A stretch of 64,000 nt of DNA from a virus (lineage: Duplodnaviria; Caudoviricetes): the IMG/VR virus record IMGVR_UViG_3300008262_000055; one strand, written 5' to 3'. The translations under genes and the position numbers were made by a program. Positions 55,476 to 64,000 of this stretch are shown here, piece by piece. The notes beneath the pieces were generated by a model. The model was not told where the DNA came from. It did no database searches and was given only the letters and a program-made list of their open reading frames with translations. The stretch's first letter is position 1. Each line of letters starts with the position of its first letter.

Positions 55476-56560
55476 TTAAATTCTGCTAGACCTAAGAATA
55501 AAGCATTGTAATTTGTACCCAATGCTATGTCAAATTTTACTCCGTCAATAAGATATCCAATATCTCTTTCGCATTTAGTAGCGTCAAGGACTTCGTTAGC
55601 AATCCATCCAACGATTTCATTTTGTAGGTATGGTTTGTTTAGTGTTAGTAATCTTACTGCCTCAGGATACAGTGTTGTTCCTGCCTGATTCTGCATTACA
55701 TTGTTGATAATTAAATTTCTAATAAATTCATGACCTTCAACTTCTGCTTGGCCACTGCCGTCAACTTGTAATACACCGTTATCGTAATATTTTTGTATGG
55801 TAAAACGTGTCTGTTCATTACCACCGTATCTTAGATCGTGTAGATAAGCATCTAATACGTATCCTAGATCTCGCTGACATTTTTCAGAATTAAAAGTATA
55901 ATTTTCGTAAGTTGCTGCTTTATAAGCAATAGCAGGCATTGAAGATAGCCCGCTGGCAATAACTGTAGTAGTAACAGCAGACAATGTATCAATACGTGCC
56001 GCTGCGGTTGTTTCTGCCGACGGAGCAACTGTGTACATTGCGGCAACTAGTTGAAGGGGAGTGTAGGCCGCACGTGGAAATATATAATCTGTGATTAAAT
56101 CTCTTATAAATTCGTGAGTTTTAACTTCAGCTTGTCTGTCTCCGTCAACTTGCGGTTCAGTATTAATCCAATATTTTCCAACAACTGATCTAGTATCTTC
56201 GTTGCCGCCGTATCGAATATCGTGAATATACGCTGCTAAGACATAACCAATATCTCGTTTACATTTAGCTACGTCATAGGTATATCCTACAAATCCTGTG
56301 AAATTTCCTGCTACCTGTGTTGCTATCCAGGCAGTGGCTTCTTCTTTGATAAAATTAACGTTGTTTTCTAATAGGCGTACAGCATTAGGATATAAATTAA
56401 CGTCAGTGTCAATGTCTATCCTATAATTGAGATAAGCTGTTAACTCTGCTTTGATAAATGGCACGTTGTCATAAAAACTTTGCCATTCGTCTGGATACAA
56501 ATTGCCAAGAAAACTAATCCCCGGTCTAAATGTATAATTGTCTATTTTTTTCTTTGCCAT
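55433..56560 (-). CDS. N-terminal part of the very large virion protein
   Basis: MAKKKIDNY start with SD AGGA. Carries the same KCxRD repeats as the downstream ORF and has an aberrant last ~12 aa. Confidence 0.8.
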   Translation of the reverse strand: MAKKKIDNYTFRPGISFLGNLYPDEWQSFYDNVPFIKAELTAYLNYRIDIDTDVNLYPNAVRLLENNVNFIKEEATAWIATQVAGNFTGFVGYTYDVAKCKRDIGYVLAAYIHDIRYGGNEDTRSVVGKYWINTEPQVDGDRQAEVKTHEFIRDLITDYIFPRAAYTPLQLVAAMYTVAPSAETTAAARIDTLSAVTTTVIASGLSSMPAIAYKAATYENYTFNSEKCQRDLGYVLDAYLHDLRYGGNEQTRFTIQKYYDNGVLQVDGSGQAEVEGHEFIRNLIINNVMQNQAGTTLYPEAVRLLTLNKPYLQNEIVGWIANEVLDATKCERDIGYLIDGVKFDIALGTNYNALFLGLAEFNSIELEIMLSLTKL

Positions 56561-56569
56561 CTTCTATCC

Positions 56570-57145
56570 TTAGGCTCCAAATGCCACTGCAAAAGCAACG
56601 ACAGAGTTGTCTACGTAATCTTTTCGAACAGCGTGTTCGCCTGATGTGGGAGCAGCGTTTATCGAAACATTTTCTATATATGTTACAGTACCTGTAATTG
56701 TAGCAGCATCGAATGATATATTAGCACCGTCTGCGACAAATTCTCCGTTGACACCATTATGTTCTACAACATTTAATTGGTAAGTGTCTATTTTTCCAGG
56801 TGTAGTTTGGCCAAGATCAACGTTGTCTATAGTTCCTGTTGCCAAACTATTAATGACCACTCGACCGTTGATTATTGATAAACGGTTTACGTTGTTCTTT
56901 TTTAAGAATACATCACCGTTAACCGTTAAATTTTGTAAAACTCCAAGAGTTTCTAAACTACTATCTCTAATACTTTCAGTTAGTCGATCGGTATCGATAA
57001 CTGTTGATCCGCTAATACTTATAGTAGTAGCATTAAGATTTGCTGTTGTTACAGACAATGCCGTTAGGTCGCCTTCCTTGTCTACAAGGAATCCTGGGCT
57101 TCTGTAACCAAATTCTGTTCTAAATTGTATTGTCTGTACTGTCAT
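56570..57145 (-). CDS. hypothetical virion/tail-fibre-associated protein
   Basis: SSLETLGVL, HAVRKDYVD and VAFAVAFG motifs are typical of phage fibre proteins. Confidence 0.7.
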   Translation of the reverse strand: MTVQTIQFRTEFGYRSPGFLVDKEGDLTALSVTTANLNATTISISGSTVIDTDRLTESIRDSSLETLGVLQNLTVNGDVFLKKNNVNRLSIINGRVVINSLATGTIDNVDLGQTTPGKIDTYQLNVVEHNGVNGEFVADGANISFDAATITGTVTYIENVSINAAPTSGEHAVRKDYVDNSVVAFAVAFGA

Positions 57146-57167
57146 TTTTACCTAGTATTTATTGGTG

Positions 57168-58736
57168 TTATAATCTACCAACTACAACTTCAATGACTCC
57201 AGAGACGCCATCAAAGTCTTCTAATGCTTTACCTATCACAGTGCCAATGCTAGGGTCTAGAGACGGTCTAGCATACCCATCGCCACCGCTGATCAACATA
57301 TCACCTTTTCTAATGTTGCCCCTAACTTTACAAGGAACACGCCCCTGTAGTGCTATTGCTACTACATTGTCGCCTTTTAAATCAGTGTTCATTAAGTAAG
57401 CAGGGTTTGTAGAAACAACTCCGGCTATTCTGCGAGTTGAATCTTGGGCTAGAGTTACTTCTTTGTCTCCGCCAAATTCTAAAACAGTTCCAGGCTCGTA
57501 GGCACAATCGGCTAGATATCTTTCAGCCAAGTCCGCCCATCTAGCTGTAGTTGCTGTGACATTTAATGTGCTGGTTGCTACTTCTAACGTTACGCCGGAG
57601 CTGGCATATAAACTTTGTCCAGTAATTGGATCTGTTCCTTCAGCAATAACCATAGGATATATGCCGTCAAGAACTTCTGAAACAATAATTTCAGTAGCGG
57701 TTCCGCCAGTTCCGCCACCTCCTCCAGAACTTCCTGTATTGGTTATTGTTATCCTATCGCTGGTAGCATTAGTAGTAATAGCTATTCCTGAGCCTGCCAC
57801 AAAAGTCAGTGTGTCTGATGCCGAATCTGCTCTAATAGTTGACTGTCCTGCTACGCTAACAACACCAAACGCATTAGCTGATGTTCCACCACCTGTTCCA
57901 CCGCCAGAGCTTGATAGAGTAATACTTCTATTTGAAGCATTAGTGGAAATGGTCATTCCTGAGCCAGCAATTAATGTTAAATTATCATTTAATATTATAC
58001 TATCAACATCAGCCTCGCCCGATACAGAAATAGTTCCAAACGATTTAAGTTCATTACCGCCCACGGTTGTGCCGTCGGGTAGCTCAATAGCCCCGTTTCC
58101 ATTATTAGATATTACAGCACCGCCAAGGTCTATACCATTACTAAGATATAGGTCTCTAAATCGCTTTAGAGCAATACCAACATCAAATGTTCCGCTAGAG
58201 GTTGGTGTAAGAGTTCTGTCAATAGCAGAAAGATTGGCATTACTACTACCACCGCTGCCGCCATCTGGAATGTCACCGCCACCTCCACCACCGCCTAAGT
58301 CTTCTTCGTCAACCAAATATGTTAAAGGGACAGGTCTTTCAAGATCAGTTAAGGTAGCAAAATATTGAGCAAAGTAGATAGCACGTACACCTTCGTAGCC
58401 TTCAATAATTGGTGATAATTTTAAACTTAGATAGCTGTCATTAACTGTGGCAGAAATTGTAATTAACGGATCATCTATGGAGGCACGACCGTAGACTGTG
58501 TAAGTAGCTTGATCAGGTCTAGCTACTACAAGAATAGACATTGTTTCTTTTTTCTGGGAATCGTATTCTACAGAAATTATATAATTTGCGGCAGCAAAAT
58601 CGCCCACATACCAACGATCAATTTCGGTGTCTTGAAAGATTTGACGCCAGGGTCCTCTATTATAGAAGTTTACTCCGTTTTTTAGAAACAGAGTATTTTT
58701 TACACCAGTGCCAAAGTATTTGGTAAAATCAGTCAT
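57168..58736 (-). CDS. tail fibre-like protein with C-terminal intramolecular chaperone (peptidase G2/S74-like) domain
   Basis: Gly-rich linkers, repeated DxLTxxAGSGxxIxTNA, and C-terminal ADLAERY...GVVST.PA...ALQGRVPCKV...GKAL. Confidence 0.75.
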   Translation of the reverse strand: MTDFTKYFGTGVKNTLFLKNGVNFYNRGPWRQIFQDTEIDRWYVGDFAAANYIISVEYDSQKKETMSILVVARPDQATYTVYGRASIDDPLITISATVNDSYLSLKLSPIIEGYEGVRAIYFAQYFATLTDLERPVPLTYLVDEEDLGGGGGGGDIPDGGSGGSSNANLSAIDRTLTPTSSGTFDVGIALKRFRDLYLSNGIDLGGAVISNNGNGAIELPDGTTVGGNELKSFGTISVSGEADVDSIILNDNLTLIAGSGMTISTNASNRSITLSSSGGGTGGGTSANAFGVVSVAGQSTIRADSASDTLTFVAGSGIAITTNATSDRITITNTGSSGGGGGTGGTATEIIVSEVLDGIYPMVIAEGTDPITGQSLYASSGVTLEVATSTLNVTATTARWADLAERYLADCAYEPGTVLEFGGDKEVTLAQDSTRRIAGVVSTNPAYLMNTDLKGDNVVAIALQGRVPCKVRGNIRKGDMLISGGDGYARPSLDPSIGTVIGKALEDFDGVSGVIEVVVGRL

Positions 58737-58782
58737 AGTTACGCTCGTTGTATGTTATATTTAACTGATTTTTAGAGAAACT

Positions 58783-58807
58783 AAAAACCCCCTAAAAAGG
58801 GGGTTTT
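58783..58807 (-). terminator. intrinsic terminator after carbamoyltransferase
   Basis: AAAACCCCC-TTTTTA-GGGGGTTTT followed by TAG. Confidence 0.8.
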
Positions 58808-58808
58808 G

Positions 58809-60617
58809 TTAGCTATTAGCAATCTTGATCAGCTTACCGTATTCGGGTAAAAATAGATATTCTATATCACTTTTAACCAATGTTTCAATAGCATCGTCTA
58901 GAGTTTCAACTAGCGGATCGCCACCTAGGTTAAAGCTGGTATTAAAAATAATAGGAATTCCTGTTTGATCGTAAAATTCTTTGATAAGATCGTAATAGTG
59001 AGGATTTTGTTCACGCTTTACGCTCTGTATTCTACAAGTTCCGTCAACGTGTATGATACTAGGAATCTTTTCAGCTATACCTGGCTTACAATTTACAGCG
59101 TACATCATGTGTGGTGTTTCGTCCATGCCACGTAAATCAAACCACTCATGTACATGCTCGTGTATAATACTGCCAGCGAACGGGCGGAAATATTCTCTAC
59201 GCTTTACAGTGTTAACAAAATCTTTGCCATCTGGAAATGTAGGATCAAATAGCACACTGCGATTACCCAATGCTCTAGGACCGTTTTCTGAACGTCCTTG
59301 GAATATTGTAACAATATTCTTTTCCCGCAACAATTTTACTACATCTTTATTAGTAGCATCTACAACTTCTCCGCCAGCATAAGATACTTTATCCAGTATC
59401 TCTCTTTCTGCGTAGGTATACTGCGGTCCTAGATATAGTGTGTCTAATTTATGCTTTTCACGACTATCTGCCATAGCATGCCAAAACATTAATCCAGCAC
59501 CCATGGCTGTTCCGGCATCATTACTGATAGGTTCAACATAGATATTAATACCTTCATCTTTTAACTGTTCAAGATAATGATAATTTGCCACACAATTTAG
59601 GCCATATCCACCGCTGATAACAACATTCTTCTTGCCACTGATTTCTACAGCTTTACGGATTAATCTAACTACTTGTTCTTGTGTTTGTGTTTGACACGCA
59701 TAGGCAAGATCTCTACGACTTTGGAGTTTAGTAGTATCTTCACCTTCTTGCGGCAACTCGTCAAGATAGTCAAATAAAGCACTATTAACTACTGAAGAAG
59801 AAGGATAGGCAGGCACGATTAGATTTCGATTAGACAACGGAACCTTCGAAGTAAAATCAAACAACTTAGGAATCTTATCGTTGGGTTTACCGTAGGGAAA
59901 TAATCCCATGGTTTTTCCTGCTTCGATAGATGAGAACCCACAATATTCGGTGACAGCCTCGTAGGTTTTAACTATACCTGCTCTATCCGAAAGCCATGCT
60001 TCATGGAACTCACCTGCTTCTCCAAATTGATCTGAAGGGCATTTGTCCATGTATGTGCCAGCAACAGCTTCGCGAGCACCATAATTTTTATAAAGAGTCT
60101 TAAACTGTGAAGGGTATCCGCAGTCAATAATTGACTCTACTTCCCACACCCATAAAGGTTCGTTGCCGTACATTAATTGAATAAATGTACCAGCACCGTC
60201 AACAATCAGTGCTACCGCATCATCAAAACCACTGCGATAAAACGCACAGGCAGCGTGAAGCTTGTGATGCATAAAACTTAAATCGACAACCTGAGGATGA
60301 TTGTGATTGTCTTCTTTGCGACTAATCAATCCTAGCTTACGTGCTAGACCAGTGTAAATATCATCGCCACTGAAATCAATTCTAGCAGCAGTATCTGTTA
60401 ATTTCTGTGTATGTGCTACAACTAGATAATCTAACTTATCGGTGTATTCTAAAATTTTAACCATTGAAGCTAGCGGGCCGCCATCGTATTTTTGACGGGT
60501 TAATCTTTCTTCTTCAATAGAAAAAACAATTTCTCCGTCTTTGAATAAACATACACCAGCATTGTGGCCACGTGCTATGGCTGCGATCCAACCGGAATTA
60601 AGTTTAGGTTCTGTCAT
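58809..60617 (-). CDS. carbamoyltransferase, full length (NodU/CmcH/TobZ family)
   Basis: GHNAG, EEERL, HHKLHA, IVDGAG, GKTMGL, SGGYGLNC, NDAGTAMG, GPRALGNRS, REYFRPFA, HVDGTCR and NTSFN. Confidence 0.95.
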   Translation of the reverse strand: MTEPKLNSGWIAAIARGHNAGVCLFKDGEIVFSIEEERLTRQKYDGGPLASMVKILEYTDKLDYLVVAHTQKLTDTAARIDFSGDDIYTGLARKLGLISRKEDNHNHPQVVDLSFMHHKLHAACAFYRSGFDDAVALIVDGAGTFIQLMYGNEPLWVWEVESIIDCGYPSQFKTLYKNYGAREAVAGTYMDKCPSDQFGEAGEFHEAWLSDRAGIVKTYEAVTEYCGFSSIEAGKTMGLFPYGKPNDKIPKLFDFTSKVPLSNRNLIVPAYPSSSVVNSALFDYLDELPQEGEDTTKLQSRRDLAYACQTQTQEQVVRLIRKAVEISGKKNVVISGGYGLNCVANYHYLEQLKDEGINIYVEPISNDAGTAMGAGLMFWHAMADSREKHKLDTLYLGPQYTYAEREILDKVSYAGGEVVDATNKDVVKLLREKNIVTIFQGRSENGPRALGNRSVLFDPTFPDGKDFVNTVKRREYFRPFAGSIIHEHVHEWFDLRGMDETPHMMYAVNCKPGIAEKIPSIIHVDGTCRIQSVKREQNPHYYDLIKEFYDQTGIPIIFNTSFNLGGDPLVETLDDAIETLVKSDIEYLFLPEYGKLIKIANS

Positions 60618-61555
60618 TTTTTGTGTTTTCCTTGTACGGCTTCTATAATATAATTTTGTATTTCTGGAGTCATAGTCATTATAGGTTCGTGTTTTCTATC
60701 AATGCGTTCATCCATGGTAATTCTAATAGGACTATATTCACGGGTTTCTTCTCCCATATCTAAAATTGTAAATGTTTTACAATCTGGGTAAGAAACATTA
60801 ATAGGATATGTTGACCCAAATAGCACAGTTGAAGGTTTGTCTACACAATAGGCCAAATGCTGTCCTAAGCTGTCACAGCCTAAGAAATGATCTGCGTATT
60901 TGATAATTGCTGCCCATTGACGCATAGAAACATTTTCTGGCATGGCGATTTCATCTTTGAATTTTTCATCAGTAAAATCAATTTTAAACTCACTCATTAA
61001 AATTACACCAAATTCTTTTTCCTGTAATCTTTTAATTAGAGCTTTTGTATCTTTAAATTCTATGCTTCGACTAGTTGAGTCAACTAACGAATCGTCAACT
61101 ACTTGTATTCCGCGACCAAAAGGTTGGAATACTACAATTTTACTTTTCTTTAATTGTTTTTTAACATCGCCAATCAGCTTGCGACCTGTTAATAGCTCGT
61201 CTTTGCTGAGAATCAATGTAGGCTTAGGCAATGCTCTAATACCTTTTTTATTAATTTCAATATCGAACGCCTGTGCTATAGAACATTTTTGATTATAGTA
61301 TTCCCATATCCTGTAGGGTTCTGGGCTAACAATATCTCGATCTTTGATCTTTTCTAAGAAAAGATGTTTATGCCATACATCATACGTTCTAGCATCGAGG
61401 GTGGGGTGACCTTTAAAAACATCTGTGCCGCCCTCGCAGATGATGATGAAATCCTTGTCTCCGGATTCCTGTTCGTATTTTTCAAATGCGGGTATTGAGC
61501 ATAACATACGGCCCGCACCACCGTTTAAAAAAAATGCTTTAGAGCGTTGTTCCAT
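60614..61555 (-). CDS. GT9 (heptosyltransferase)-like GT-B glycosyltransferase
   Basis: GGAGRMLCSIP, VFQPFG and IIKYADHFLGCDSLGQHLA...PSTVLFGST. Confidence 0.6.
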   Translation of the reverse strand: MEQRSKAFFLNGGAGRMLCSIPAFEKYEQESGDKDFIIICEGGTDVFKGHPTLDARTYDVWHKHLFLEKIKDRDIVSPEPYRIWEYYNQKCSIAQAFDIEINKKGIRALPKPTLILSKDELLTGRKLIGDVKKQLKKSKIVVFQPFGRGIQVVDDSLVDSTSRSIEFKDTKALIKRLQEKEFGVILMSEFKIDFTDEKFKDEIAMPENVSMRQWAAIIKYADHFLGCDSLGQHLAYCVDKPSTVLFGSTYPINVSYPDCKTFTILDMGEETREYSPIRITMDERIDRKHEPIMTMTPEIQNYIIEAVQGKHKK

Positions 61556-61638
61556 TTAAACTCCAAGAAAATAGGTTCTGTCTTACTATGTATCACTACA
61601 ATAATAACACAGAACCTAGTCTTGGTTCAAGAGTTTTT

Positions 61639-62286
61639 TTAAATTAAAGTTGGTAAGTTACTTGGGAATGGAATTTTCCAATGATCAACACCGGCGTAAA
61701 GTCTTTCCAAATCACGAAGCCATGCTATGTGAGCAGCAAAGGCTGTTCGGTCTTCATCTGTATAATCATTTATTTGTAGACTTTGTTCAATAGCTGTAGC
61801 TATATTTCTATAGTTTTCAATAAGACTTTGTTTAGTAACAGCGTGTAATCTATATTCTGGTCCTACAAATTGATTATTGATATATTTTAACGATTGGCCA
61901 TAAAAACATTGTCCAATTGATCCAGTATTATCATCGTAATGATATGTGTAGTTCCATTCGTTGCCGTCAGCATCGACTAAATCTGTCGAATAATCAGCAA
62001 CATCGCCAGTTTCATATGTATTCAACAAATAAGCGGCAGGAAACGGATGTTCGTTAGCGTCAATCAAATAAAATGTTGTTGCTGGATCATCATCTACAAG
62101 ATTATCAAAATCAATCTCTGCCAAAGACTCTCCTCTTCTAGCAATATATTTGATTTCGCCTGTAGCATCAATGACACAGATAGCGAAGTAACGAGGTCCA
62201 GTATAGACCGCATTCTGTACCTTGTTTAGAGCCGTGGTGTTTTTGTATGGCTCATCTGGTAATAAAAATGTAAAATTTTTTCTCAT
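61639..62286 (-). CDS. hypothetical protein (possible fibre assembly/chaperone protein)
   Basis: 215-aa ORF. The C-terminal WLRDL...IPFP resembles tail-fibre assembly proteins. Confidence 0.7.
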   Translation of the reverse strand: MRKNFTFLLPDEPYKNTTALNKVQNAVYTGPRYFAICVIDATGEIKYIARRGESLAEIDFDNLVDDDPATTFYLIDANEHPFPAAYLLNTYETGDVADYSTDLVDADGNEWNYTYHYDDNTGSIGQCFYGQSLKYINNQFVGPEYRLHAVTKQSLIENYRNIATAIEQSLQINDYTDEDRTAFAAHIAWLRDLERLYAGVDHWKIPFPSNLPTLI

Positions 62287-62305
62287 AATCTTCCTCTAAC
62301 ACTAT

Positions 62306-63274
62306 TTATGTAAAGAATCTAATTCTAACAGCACCCCATCCGCCGCGACCAGCATGGTCACGAACCCCTGGACATGGGCTTGTTGGGTATCCACCTGTTG
62401 CTGGTGGTGCGTAGTGAATACAGCCCTGCATTTCATAACATCCGCATTTTCTATCTGATCTCCAGCAATAGTTCATAGGAATGCCGCCGGTGGGCGATCT
62501 ACGCAATGCTGAAAACGCATTTACTTCCTGCATTAACGGTTGACCTGACCAGTTTGAATGTCTGTTGTCATCTTCAGCACCAAACGCTGCTACGTTATAA
62601 GGTCCGCAACTATAAAATCCTGCCGGAGATGCTGTGTGATATTGAAAACAGCAAGGACACTGTGGTAAGCAACCAAAGAATACTGAACAACTGAAATGAC
62701 CACAACAGTTTGTGTCACCGCCGTAAGCACAAGCAATCCAAATACCGTTAAAATAATTACAGATAACACCGCAGTTATCGTTAAATGGTCCTGTAAAACA
62801 GTGTGATTGGTTAACAAAGCAACAGAACAATGATGTTCCTGTAGAGCACATACCGCGGCCACCTGCTCCGCCCTGGGCACAGATACAACCGTTTTGAGCA
62901 GCAGCACACTGAGTCCAACATACTCCAGTAGGATCTGAACAACCACGGAAACACAATGCGGAACTGTTACCACAACTGTTACCAATAGTACCTCTTACAA
63001 AATCGGTTGAACTAACACAAATTGTTTTTTTAGAATAAGCACCTGCGTTACCTGGAGTACCTCCACCGCAGCAGCACATCTGTGCTCCGGATCCGCCAGC
63101 ACCCCATACTTCAATTACTGCTCTACCAGTTGATGGAGGATTCCAACAAAACCCGTTACAAAAGTTTGTATACATGGTACCTGGTGTGAACACATAGATT
63201 CTGCCTGTTTCTAGGTTTTCCTCTACGCGACCAGTTGTTCTTGATCTTATTAAATTTTGAAACGATGTAGGCAT
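62306..63274 (-). CDS. cysteine-rich glycine-rich-domain adhesin-like protein
   Basis: IEVWGAGGSG...GNAGAY...GRGGWGAVRIRF framework with 33 Cys in 322 aa (hand count). Confidence 0.8.
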   Translation of the reverse strand: MPTSFQNLIRSRTTGRVEENLETGRIYVFTPGTMYTNFCNGFCWNPPSTGRAVIEVWGAGGSGAQMCCCGGGTPGNAGAYSKKTICVSSTDFVRGTIGNSCGNSSALCFRGCSDPTGVCWTQCAAAQNGCICAQGGAGGRGMCSTGTSLFCCFVNQSHCFTGPFNDNCGVICNYFNGIWIACAYGGDTNCCGHFSCSVFFGCLPQCPCCFQYHTASPAGFYSCGPYNVAAFGAEDDNRHSNWSGQPLMQEVNAFSALRRSPTGGIPMNYCWRSDRKCGCYEMQGCIHYAPPATGGYPTSPCPGVRDHAGRGGWGAVRIRFFT

Positions 63275-63285
63275 TATTTTATCTC

Positions 63286-64000
63286 TTATAAATCTCTTAC
63301 TGTACCATCTTGTACGAATCGGATACGAATAGCACCATGGCCGCCACGATATGCGTGATCACGCACATCGCCGCATGGAAATGGTGGTAATCCTGGAAAC
63401 CCTGGCGGAACAAATGGTATACATCCGTTACCGTCATAACATCCGCAAGTTCTACCGCCAGTCCAACATGAGTGAGCACCGTCAACACCGCGACCTGGTT
63501 GGCGTCCTGCTACGTTTAACCCATATAAGAAACCATTTAGTGCCATTCCGCTCCAGCTAGAGTGGCCGCTATCGCCCTCATTAGTGTAGGTAATTTCCGC
63601 ACCGCAATCGCTGTAATATCCCGGTGGCGTTGCTACGTGGAAAAATGTAGAACATGGACAGCTTGGTGTACATCCAAAGAAAGTAGCACGGCTAAAACCG
63701 CCTCTTGCGTTAACATCGCCACCAAACGCATCAGCACAACATGATGCTGTACCTGTTCCGTAGTTACAGATAATTCCACAGTTGGCATTAAATGGACCAG
63801 TTCCGCAGAATCCGCCAGCTTGGAAACAGCACCACATTGATGTTCCTGTAGAACAGAAAGTAGTACCTCCGCGGCCACCTTGAGCACACATACATCCGTT
63901 AGTTGTTGTAGAACGCCAGCATACACCTGTGGGTTCTGAGCAACCTCGGAAACATAAATCGTTTGAATTGCCGCAGCTAAATCCAATAGTTCCTGTAATT
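63286..64000 (-). CDS. cysteine-rich glycine-rich-domain protein, paralogue, 5' truncated by window edge
   Basis: Frame is open to the window end (ITGTIGFSCGNSNDLCFRGCSEPTGVCW...). Ends DHAYRGGHGAIRIRF. Confidence 0.8.
   Translation of the reverse strand, partial: ITGTIGFSCGNSNDLCFRGCSEPTGVCWRSTTTNGCMCAQGGRGGTTFCSTGTSMWCCFQAGGFCGTGPFNANCGIICNYGTGTASCCADAFGGDVNARGGFSRATFFGCTPSCPCSTFFHVATPPGYYSDCGAEITYTNEGDSGHSSWSGMALNGFLYGLNVAGRQPGRGVDGAHSCWTGGRTCGCYDGNGCIPFVPPGFPGLPPFPCGDVRDHAYRGGHGAIRIRFVQDGTVRDL

Noticed and set aside
61572-61618. 10-bp inverted repeat TAGGTTCTGT/ACAGAACCTA with 27-nt loop
   Set aside because: The loop is too long for a confident terminator call, and a single occurrence gives no support for a function.
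2272-63986. Numerous 60-270 aa ORFs antisense to or nested in larger genes (e.g. 3665..4057, 33495..33887, 41098..41493, 57556..58368)
   Set aside because: They are shadow frames of well-supported genes, with no motifs, SD or promoter support.
1-64000. CRISPR array, tRNA or rRNA genes
   Set aside because: No regularly spaced repeat-spacer series or cloverleaf-like sequence was seen, and the intergenic gaps are short and explained by promoters and terminators.
1-64000. Stop-codon reassignment (alternative genetic code)
   Set aside because: Conserved genes (helicase, TerL, sheath, UvsX) are full length in the standard code, and TAA, TAG and TGA all end genes. The three breaks are frameshifts, not in-frame stops.
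62306-64000. Diversity-generating retroelement acting on the paralogous Cys-rich genes
   Set aside because: There is no reverse transcriptase in the window, and the paralogues differ throughout rather than only at adenines in a near-identical TR/VR pair.

Overview
This 64-kb window is part of a large T4-like myovirus genome, distant from T4 itself. It is almost fully coding in the standard genetic code, and I saw no tRNA, rRNA or CRISPR array. From left to right it contains five regions. (1) A more GC-rich left end of small genes, including a Pol-beta-family nucleotidyltransferase and a malonyl-CoA-decarboxylase/GNAT-like mini-protein. (2) A replication block: gp41 helicase, gp61 primase, a 192-aa DnaE-like mini-polymerase, a gp62-like protein and UvsW. 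A cassette of a 30-aa peptide, a half carbamoyltransferase, a radical SAM enzyme and an SGNH-like protein sits between primase and helicase. (3) An ~11-kb glycan biosynthesis island of about 16 genes, followed by uvsY, uvsX and gp32. (4) Packaging, neck and tail genes (TerL, TerS, gp4, gp54/48-like, gp19, gp18, gp13, gp14, gp15) with dNMP kinase. (5) An ADP-heptose (hldD/hldE-type) cluster, a very large virion protein split by a frame break, tail-fibre genes, and at the right end two ~10%-cysteine glycine-rich adhesin-like paralogues followed by a GT9-like glycosyltransferase and a full-length carbamoyltransferase. The most notable signals are the Cys-rich adhesin plus modification-enzyme module, a recurrent TAAATA-N5-ATG late-promoter geometry implying leaderless mRNAs, the minimal DnaE, the primase-helicase cassette, and phycobiliprotein-like KCxRD repeats in the giant virion protein. 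Three abrupt frame breaks (~12065, ~33556, ~55470) look like short deletions or assembly junctions and should be checked against reads. All family assignments come from motif recognition by eye; no database searches were run.
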